A stretch of DNA of 64,000 nucleotides, taken from contig JABCTZ010000046.1 of the NCBI GenBank assembly GCA_018238155.1, positions 128,001 through 192,000 on the forward strand, given 5' to 3'. A program made the translations under genes and the position numbers. Under the pieces are notes generated by a model. That model searched no databases. It saw only the letters and a list, made by a program, of their open reading frames with translations, and was not told where the DNA came from. Positions 1 through 7,600 of this stretch are shown one piece after another. Numbering within the stretch: the first letter of the stretch is position 1; every line of letters starts with the position of its first letter. Source of the stretch: Candidatus Heimdallarchaeota archaeon. GTDB taxonomy: Archaea > Asgardarchaeota > Heimdallarchaeia > JABLTI01.

Positions 1-1067
1 ACAAGACCAAAACCTGTACCAAATAAACCAATTTTGAAATCTACATTACGTGCATTTTTGAAAATTGAAACCCACCAATAATCAACTTGGTCAAAGAATT
101 TCCTTTCAGCACCAAACCAATTGATAGCAACCATATCTGAAGAGCTTGCAATCAGTTTACTAAATCCCGGAATAAAACCAAACAGTAATATGACACCAGA
201 TACTATAGCAAAAATACCAAAGGTTTTACCAACAAATTGCCATTTGTCTTTGTTCAATTCTTTACTTGGATAAAAAAATATTTTTTCGATGTTTGATTTA
301 GTAACCTCACTTTGTTCTATTTCAGCAGAAACACTTTTCTCTGGATTAGAGTTATCAATAGATGATGTTATCGAATAAAATGATCGACCTTCAATTTTCC
401 ATGTTAAACGTTTTACTCCTTCACCTATTGCATCCATCCAAGCTCCAAATGTCGATACAATTTTGACACCTGTTCGTTCAATTACTAGAGTAAATATTAC
501 AATACCAATAAAACCAAACACTTTACTAAGCATATCATGTGCCCAGAAAAATGCAGTATGAGCTTCCATACCACCTTGATAGAGGTAATTAGTAAACCAG
601 AAGTGAAATGAGACTCTGAAAGTATTACCAATATGCATCATCAATAAATTGACAACTTGAGCAATTGTTTTTTTGTGCCACTTTGCAGGAGTAACTAAAA
701 TTAGAGCCATTAAGAGTGCACCTGCTTCCATTCCTGTACAAGCTCGAATAATTAGAAGAGTAATTGGATATCCATCTAATTTAATTCCTGGAAAATCTTC
801 GCCGAATTGGACTAGTCCATTATTTAAAATATCATCATCAATTCTTTCATAATATCCACGAACAAAATCATCATAGTTCATCCCAAAAATAACCTTCATT
901 AACCAAGCAGAATTTTCTCTTACTAATAATTCAAGGAATTCAAATGCGCCAAGCCAATCAAGTCCGAAATATAGGAACACTACCAAGCCAATAAAAATTG
1001 GAAAACTTCTCAAGAAAAAGTTCATTCTACTTCGGGGGTTAGAGGGATACCATGACACTTGTGACAT
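1..1067 (-). CDS. Archaeosortase/exosortase-family transpeptidase with a probable second, degenerate domain (3' end runs off the window)
   Basis: Not in the ORF track. Hand translation from ATG 1067: MSQVSWYPSNPRSRMNFFLRSFPIFIGLVVFLYFGLDWLG...LLIIRACTGMEAGALLMALILVTPAKWHKK...MMHIGNTFRVSFHFWF...AFFWAHDMLSKVFG. This has the Cys (CTG), Arg (NxxR) and His catalytic motifs in multi-TM context. The frame stays open to base 1. Confidence 0.88.
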   Translation of the reverse strand, partial: MSQVSWYPSNPRSRMNFFLRSFPIFIGLVVFLYFGLDWLGAFEFLELLVRENSAWLMKVIFGMNYDDFVRGYYERIDDDILNNGLVQFGEDFPGIKLDGYPITLLIIRACTGMEAGALLMALILVTPAKWHKKTIAQVVNLLMMHIGNTFRVSFHFWFTNYLYQGGMEAHTAFFWAHDMLSKVFGFIGIVIFTLVIERTGVKIVSTFGAWMDAIGEGVKRLTWKIEGRSFYSITSSIDNSNPEKSVSAEIEQSEVTKSNIEKIFFYPSKELNKDKWQFVGKTFGIFAIVSGVILLFGFIPGFSKLIASSSDMVAINWFGAERKFFDQVDYWWVSIFKNARNVDFKIGLFGTGFGL

Positions 1068-1351
1068 CTATTTTTCAACCATCTTTAGGTTTGCAATAGT
1101 TATTCAAAAATATTTGCTTTAATTTTTTTAGGCAATCTTTTATTTTCAACATCTCTCTGCAAATAATTTATGCTTGATATATTTTCAACTCATTTATCGT
1201 TTATTTATAAAATTTACTGGAGATGGCAACTCTCAGAATTCATTTTAATCATTTAATTTTTAAAAAATATTAATATTATTTTAATCAAGACTCAATGAAA
1301 TAGAAGATGGGATAATACTGAACATTGGAATACTATTTTTTGTTTAGTAGT

Positions 1352-1717
1352 TTATTGATTATTATTTTCTAACCATTTCTTAATTGTTTGTTGACCATAA
1401 CCAGTTATCTTCCAAAAAGATTTTCTTGCAATAAGGGATTTTACAACTACTTCTTCATCAAACATACTTTTGAGATGATAATTCACAATATGATAACTTA
1501 GACCTATACTTTCAGCTATTTGAATCGTTGATACACGTTCATTTGGTAGTTCGTATAAATATATGAGAATTTTATTTCTCATTTGAAGTCCTTTTTTAGT
1601 ATTTCTTTTTTTGCGAAGGATTGCTTCAGAACGATCAATCTTTTCTTTTGACAAAGATATTTCAACACCAAAAATGACTGTTGTGTAAAGTATCACACAA
1701 GGCATCAAATTTATCAT
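1352..1717 (-). CDS. Winged helix-turn-helix (ArsR-like) DNA-binding protein
   Basis: RNKILIYL...STIQIAESIGLSYHIVNYHLKSM wHTH pattern. The true start is probably downstream (LSKEKI). C-terminal QQTIKKWL. Confidence 0.75.
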   Translation of the reverse strand: MINLMPCVILYTTVIFGVEISLSKEKIDRSEAILRKKRNTKKGLQMRNKILIYLYELPNERVSTIQIAESIGLSYHIVNYHLKSMFDEEVVVKSLIARKSFWKITGYGQQTIKKWLENNNQ

Positions 1718-1816
1718 TCGATTTAATGTTTAAAAAGAAGTTGGTTCGGATAGTATACTTTTAAAGGAACTTCAATGAGATGAGATAATTATTTTACAAC
1801 CACTTTTGTGATGATA

Positions 1817-2929
1817 ATGACTCCAATAAACGGATCAAAAAAACAAATAGAAATAACAAATGGAAGTGGAGCAATTACATTCGAAAAGAAGTTCCGTTTT
1901 GCATCTATTAAGAGTCCCTTGGAGAATTTCGAAACTGTAGAACAAAAAATAGAATTTAGAAAAGATCCACTACTCAACCATTGATCTAGAATTAATACTC
2001 TTAGAGCAGAACGTATTAAACAAGCTGCAAGTTCAAATGAAAGCTTTCAAACAAATTTAGAAGATTTAATAATGAAATCTGGCCAAGAGTGCTTCTTTTG
2101 TCCTGAAAAAGTTTCAATATCTACTCCAAAATTCCCTGAAAAATTAGGTTTAGGAGATCGTGTTATTGTCGACAATTTCACTTTATTCCCTAATCTATTT
2201 GTTTTCTCTGAATTTCATGCGGTGGGAACATTGGGTGAACAACATTTCACTCAATTAAATGAAATTAATGGAACAACTTGGAAAAATGCTATTTTAGGTT
2301 CGATTAAATATTTTAAAGCAGTTTATAATTCAAACAAACAAGTAAAATATCCATCTTTTAATTTTAATTTTCTACCACCATCAGCATCCTCTATTCTGCA
2401 CCCCCATATTCAAATAATACAAGATATCAAACCAACTAAAATAATTGAAGAATTATTACTGAAATCAGAACAATATTACAAAGAAAATGGTAGCAACTAT
2501 TGGTTGGATCTAATCAATTCTGAAAAGTCGTTGAAAGATCGTTTTATTTCTGAAAATGATTTTATGTGTTGGATTGCAACATATTCTCCATTCGGTAAAA
2601 ATGAATTAACAGGTATAGTGAAATTAAATAAAACTGATTTAACTGAATTCACTGAAAAAGAAGCAGAGCTCTTCGGATTAGAAATTACAAAAGCATTATC
2701 AGCGCTATTTAATGGAAGAAATGCAAGATCAATTAACATGGCCGTTTTCTTAGGTCCTGTTGGAGAAAATCATTCAAATCATTATAAAATTAACGTGAAA
2801 ATTGTAACTAGACCAATATTAGTTCCCAATTATACTGCTGATGTTGGTTTTATGGAATTGCTTCACAATGAACCAATTACTGAAACCTCTCCTGAAGATA
2901 TTGCAAAATCTGTTAAAGAGTTCTTCTAA
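1817..2929 (+). pseudogene. galT: Galactose-1-phosphate uridylyltransferase (GalT/HIT-like) interrupted by an in-frame TGA at 1982-1984
   Basis: In frame from ATG 1817: ...IEFRKDPLLNH*SRINTLRAER...CFFCPE...FPNLF...SILHPHIQ. The Zn CxxC and HPHxQ motifs are intact. The ORF track starts only at 2072. Confidence 0.7.
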
Positions 2930-3374
2930 GAGTTCCCAGAAAATAATTGACGGTTTTATTATATTTGCTAGAAAAAAAACCTGATATGAGTGGATATCAC
3001 GAGCATTAAATCCAAAAGTCAAAATCAATTTTTTTCTATCTCCATTTCATTTACTCAAAATGTGGAGAGGTTATTCCCGTCTCTCGATTAAGGGCTTCCC
3101 AGGATGATAGAGAATAAGAGTAAAACAAAGTCTTCTAGCTAAATGAATTAAAAAGACTGTTTATTTTAGAAGGGGTGGGAGTGTAGGGGTCACACGCCAA
3201 AAAAATAGAAAGAAAAATGGAAACGAATAAGAAAAAGAAAAAAGAGGATAGCTAAAGACTTTTTAATCATAAAAAAAACAATAAACAATCAAAAGAAAGA
3301 AGAAATTCTTATTAAATGAAAAACGTAAAAGATAATAAGATAGACAGCGTAAAAAAAGAAGGAGATAAAAAGAA

Positions 3375-4334
3375 GTGAGTTTCCTAAGAAGATTAATCAG
3401 TGCCGATAAAAAGAAAAGCGGTGAGGATATAAGCTCAAAACAACACGTAGCAATAATAGGACTAGACGCAGCAGGGAAAACAACAATAGTAAAAAGAATA
3501 CTGCGGTCAGAATATACGCTGTCAAAACCAACGTTTGGAGTAAATATCGAAGTTTACAGATATAGAACATTGGAATTCATCGTTTGGGATTTAGGTGGTC
3601 ACGCCCCGATTCGCAAGACTCTTTGGAAGAAGTTTGTTACAAAAGCTCAGACTATTGTTTTTGTTGTTGATGCTTCTGATCAGAAGAGATTTCAGTTAGC
3701 CAAAGATGTTTTCTATGAAACTTTAGAAAACACTGATCCCAAAGCTCCTGTTCTTTTCTTGGCTAATAAATCTGATAAAGAAGATGCTGCCTCTTCTGTT
3801 GAGGTTATGGAAGCTTTAGATCTTCAACAAATGATTCGTCTTGATCGTCCTTTTAACATGTTTCGTTGCTCTGCTCTTACTGGCGAAGGTTTATTTCCCG
3901 CCTGGGATTGGTTAGTTGATATTGGAGCCAAGGATCAAGCTATTCCCACTTGGCATGTCAAAATCTTTTCAGCAGTTGTTTTTGATTCAAATGGTAAAGA
4001 ATTGGATCAATGCATTTTTGGCAATCCTACTCAACAAGCAAATGTTGCCACAGCTTATCGTGAATCTATAAGAGAAACTGAACGCTTTGCTAAACAAATG
4101 CGTGATTATAACGAAGCAGTTACTGTTCTTGAGATAATGAAAAATTATCAACTAGTGATTACTAAGAATAAGCTCTTTGTAATGGGTGTATTAATTGATG
4201 TCAATGACCCCGTTAGTAGAGTTTTAACAATTTCTAGCAGAATTTTCGAAGCAATTGAGATGGAATATCTTAAAGGTTTAAGTATTTCACTTCAAGAAGT
4301 TATCTCTAATTATTTTCCATTAGACTCTATTTAG
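3375..4334 (+). CDS. Arf-family small GTPase fused to a C-terminal longin/roadblock-like domain
   Basis: G1 GLDAAGKTT, G2 PTFG, G3 WDLGGH, G4 NKSD, G5 CSAL. N-terminal amphipathic MSFLRRLIS. C-terminal domain starts IFSAVVFDSNG. Confidence 0.88.
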   Translation: MSFLRRLISADKKKSGEDISSKQHVAIIGLDAAGKTTIVKRILRSEYTLSKPTFGVNIEVYRYRTLEFIVWDLGGHAPIRKTLWKKFVTKAQTIVFVVDASDQKRFQLAKDVFYETLENTDPKAPVLFLANKSDKEDAASSVEVMEALDLQQMIRLDRPFNMFRCSALTGEGLFPAWDWLVDIGAKDQAIPTWHVKIFSAVVFDSNGKELDQCIFGNPTQQANVATAYRESIRETERFAKQMRDYNEAVTVLEIMKNYQLVITKNKLFVMGVLIDVNDPVSRVLTISSRIFEAIEMEYLKGLSISLQEVISNYFPLDSI

Positions 4335-4483
4335 AGTCTTTTTTCATTTATCTCTTCTTCAAAATCTTTATTTTGTGTTATTGATAATATATACCGATAA
4401 GCATTTATTTGGTACTACAATTCATCAATATGAGAGCACTTTTTGTTTATTGAAAAATCAAGGATGAGAATGGACGTAGTAAT

Positions 4484-5449
4484 ATGAAGGCATCAAAAAA
4501 AGCGATTGAATCATTTGCAAAATACTTGAGCAAGGATAATCATAAAGTTCCTTGGGTGCTTCTTATTGGTGAGAAAGGTTCTGGAAAAACAACTGCACTT
4601 TATTATCTCCTTTCTTCAAACAGAGACAAAATCTTTCCTGACACAGTCCTTAATTGGATTGATATTTCTTATGGTCAAGAGTGGTTTAAGCTCATCGATA
4701 TTGGAAATGAGATTTTAAACGATGAGAGTGTAATTGATTATTTTCTTTCAATTGCAGATGGCATTGTCTACGTTTTGAATGGAGAATCCGATGAGTCTCT
4801 TAGAAAATCTGTTGAACCCTTCCATGCTATTGTGGAGAAGATACCTTCTAATGTTCCCTTACTAACATTAGTGAACAAAAAAAGCCCTGAAAATAAAGTT
4901 AATCTTAGCCGAGTTTTAAGTTATTTTAATTTAGCTAAAATTTCTTCTCCAACGGACCCTCGTTCCTTTCATTTCGAAATTTGCACTATTTTGACTGGAG
5001 AAGGCATTTATCGTGGATTTGATTGGTTTATTTCAAAACTAATGCACTACGAAGGTTATCATGAGTATGTCACTATCCACCGTGTGTTAATTTATGATGT
5101 TAATGGCTTACTTGACTTTGATGCCCAGTTCTCAAATATCATGGATGATACGCAAGATGCTGTTCTTATAACAGGTTTGCTTTCTGCATTAAATTCAATG
5201 ACCAGGACACTCTTCAAAGATTCAAGTTTCTTGGATGTTGTAACTGTAGGTGATTATTCTATGGTTCTTGTTTCTCGCAATCAAAAGATCTGTTGCCTTT
5301 TTGTTGAACGAGGTGGAGCTATTGGTAAAGCAAAACAAATTGCTGAAATGATATTAGATATTTTCCTCATTGAGGGCGAGGAAGGAAGACTTGCTATTGA
5401 GAACCTTATTGATGAAAGTAAAAATAGTGATGAAACAATATCCGTTTGA
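4484..5449 (+). CDS. Degenerate Arf-like GTPase fused to a C-terminal longin/roadblock-like domain
   Basis: G1 GEKGSGKTT intact; G3 DIGN and G4 NKKS degenerate; CTILTGEG matches the paralog's CSALTGEG. C-terminal IHRVLIYDVNG...LITGLLSALNSM is longin-like. Confidence 0.8.
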   Translation: MKASKKAIESFAKYLSKDNHKVPWVLLIGEKGSGKTTALYYLLSSNRDKIFPDTVLNWIDISYGQEWFKLIDIGNEILNDESVIDYFLSIADGIVYVLNGESDESLRKSVEPFHAIVEKIPSNVPLLTLVNKKSPENKVNLSRVLSYFNLAKISSPTDPRSFHFEICTILTGEGIYRGFDWFISKLMHYEGYHEYVTIHRVLIYDVNGLLDFDAQFSNIMDDTQDAVLITGLLSALNSMTRTLFKDSSFLDVVTVGDYSMVLVSRNQKICCLFVERGGAIGKAKQIAEMILDIFLIEGEEGRLAIENLIDESKNSDETISV

Positions 5450-5542
5450 GGAATTTTTATTAAGGACGAGTTATGTTTTAATTAAACTAGAAAGCAAGAG
5501 AAAGAAGATTAGAAACTAATAATTAATGGAAGAAGATTTGAT

Positions 5543-6346
5543 ATGGTAGGAATTGAATCACAGAAGGAGCATTTACTTGGGATTGTTTTTGTGACATTTG
5601 AAGATACAGGTCCAGCTGTCCCGTATAATGATACTCCACTTACTGATGAACAGACACTCACATTAGCAGTAGAAGGTATGACAATTGTAGGTCTTGATGA
5701 AGGTTCTTCAGGAAAGACTATGGAAGAAAAGAAAAACCAAATGTTTGATACTATGGATGATAAAAAGTCATTTGGTCCTCTCCCAGTTCCGGGCGAACCA
5801 ACTTTTCGAGCAATGGCAATTACCTTTGATGTTGAAGCAGAGGCTTCATCAGACAATAGAATTCAAGAATTCGGAAGAAAATGCATTCTCTTCTTACTCT
5901 TTAAGGAAGACTATACTCGAGAGATTCTTGATGCTTATGGACTTATTAAACCCTATTTCTCAGTAATTGTACGAGATATCACTTCTGAAAAAGATTTAAC
6001 ATTCGCGAACCTCCAAGAGCTTTCAAAGAAAATGGGTATGCTCTTTTCTGGAAAACTTCCACGAATCTTCACCCTCTTAGAAGATGGCTCACCTAAAGAA
6101 TTAATTGGTAAAAAGATACCTGCTGGCGACGTTTTCTTAGTTGCTGATAAAAATAAATGTACTCTTTCCATTCTCTTCTATCACCCTGACCCTACTGTTT
6201 GGCGGAGAAGGCAAATATACAAAAGTGCTTCAGAGCTGAACTCGAGTGTTTTTAGAAATAAACTTAAAGTTATTTCAGTAACTGAAATTGCAGAAATGTC
6301 AAAAATACTTGATAGATTAAATGTTTCAATAGAAAAGATCCACTAA
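5543..6346 (+). CDS. Longin/uDENN-like domain fused to a C-terminal gelsolin-like domain
   Basis: N-terminal GIVFVTFEDTGP...FGPLPVP...CILFLLF. C-terminal IPAGDVFLVADK...LSILFY...YKSASELN...KVISVTE resembles a gelsolin repeat (LnsgDvFilD...ifvW...A..l...i..v.E). Confidence 0.6.
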   Translation: MVGIESQKEHLLGIVFVTFEDTGPAVPYNDTPLTDEQTLTLAVEGMTIVGLDEGSSGKTMEEKKNQMFDTMDDKKSFGPLPVPGEPTFRAMAITFDVEAEASSDNRIQEFGRKCILFLLFKEDYTREILDAYGLIKPYFSVIVRDITSEKDLTFANLQELSKKMGMLFSGKLPRIFTLLEDGSPKELIGKKIPAGDVFLVADKNKCTLSILFYHPDPTVWRRRQIYKSASELNSSVFRNKLKVISVTEIAEMSKILDRLNVSIEKIH

Positions 6347-6511
6347 GTTTTTTTAGCCGATTTTTTCTTCTCTTTCTCTTTTATTGTTTTTTTACCTAAA
6401 CTTTTTTATTTATGATAAAAATGAAATGCTTGAACGAATAGCTTTATATTTTAATAAATTACATTAAAAAACATTATAATTTAAACTTGGTGGAAATCTG
6501 GTGGAAGATTA

Positions 6512-7033
6512 TTGAGCAAAATAATAGCTAAAGTTGTTTTTGGTGGAGACGGAGGAGTTGGAAAAACAACTCTCATTCAGAGATACCTTACTGGAGAATT
6601 CATTGATACAACGAAGCTAACCATTGGTGTAGGTTTTCATATTCACCAAATGAGCTATCAAGAAAGAGATATTTCACTTTCTGTTTGGGATTGCGGTGGG
6701 CAAGAACAATTCAAACAAATGGGCATTTTCGATAATTACTTTCGAGGAGCACTTGTAGCTATCTTAATGTTTGATTTAACAAGAGCACTTTCTGTTAAAG
6801 GATTAGATACATGGTATGATTTTGTTGATAAAAATTCTAAGACATCCATTATTCTTGTTGGTGGTAAAAGTGATCTTCCAAGAGATCCACTTCTAGATGA
6901 AGATGTAATTGCAGAAACAATAAAACAGTATGAAGCCATTCGTTATGTTGAGACTTCTGCATCAAATGGTTTAGGAGTAAACCTCGTTTTCAATGAAATC
7001 GCTCGTTTATCATTGGATAAAATTCCAAAATAG
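6512..7033 (+). CDS. Rab-like small GTPase
   Basis: GDGGVGKT, TIGVGF, WDCGGQEQF, GGKSD, ETSA. No C-terminal prenylation Cys. Confidence 0.92.
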   Translation: MSKIIAKVVFGGDGGVGKTTLIQRYLTGEFIDTTKLTIGVGFHIHQMSYQERDISLSVWDCGGQEQFKQMGIFDNYFRGALVAILMFDLTRALSVKGLDTWYDFVDKNSKTSIILVGGKSDLPRDPLLDEDVIAETIKQYEAIRYVETSASNGLGVNLVFNEIARLSLDKIPK

Positions 7034-7051
7034 GAACAAAAAACACTCCAT

Positions 7052-7555
7052 CTATAATTCAATTTTCAATAATTCTGATATTCGACGAATTACTTTGGGT
7101 ATTGCAGATTCAACCTCTGAAGATAAGTGTATTCCTAATCCTTCAATATCTTTAACTTGAACACCAATTATTCGTATTTCAGATGGTATATCATATTCTT
7201 GCAAAGAAAAAGCTAATTTTAATGCAGTTATCGCATCGAATCCGTGTGTTGAGCTTAGTCCTTTAATCTCAGGTATATCCTTATTCTTCACACAATATTC
7301 AACAATAGCACCTGGATGTAAATAATCTAAATCTACTGCATCAATAATTATACCCATCGACCATCCATCTAAAGCTAAAATGATATCAATACCTCCAGTT
7401 CCAAGATCTGTAATCTTCACATTAGCGGGGATATTCTTTTTTCTTAATTGCTCAATTATTCGTATTGCAACTCCATCATCAAGGCGTGTTAAATTTCCAA
7501 TGCCAATTATATGGGCATATTTCTCTTTTTGAAGTTTAGAAGATAATTTAGTCAA
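7052..7555 (-). CDS. Hydrogenase maturation protease (HycI/HyaD family)
   Basis: IGIGNLTRLDDGVA, IIDAV, SSTHG motifs. Confidence 0.9.
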   Translation of the reverse strand: MTKLSSKLQKEKYAHIIGIGNLTRLDDGVAIRIIEQLRKKNIPANVKITDLGTGGIDIILALDGWSMGIIIDAVDLDYLHPGAIVEYCVKNKDIPEIKGLSSTHGFDAITALKLAFSLQEYDIPSEIRIIGVQVKDIEGLGIHLSSEVESAIPKVIRRISELLKIEL

Positions 7556-7600
7556 TATTCTTTCAATCCAAGATAATTATAAAAAGAAGAAGAAGAAGAA

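Noticed and set aside
1982-1984. Selenocysteine or genetic-code reassignment of TGA
   Set aside because: The position aligns with Trp, not Cys. TGA terminates other genes here (e.g. 5449, 13692, 34880) and Trp is TGG throughout.
7052-7555. Hydrogenase operon
   Set aside because: Only an orphan maturation protease; no hydrogenase subunits in the window.
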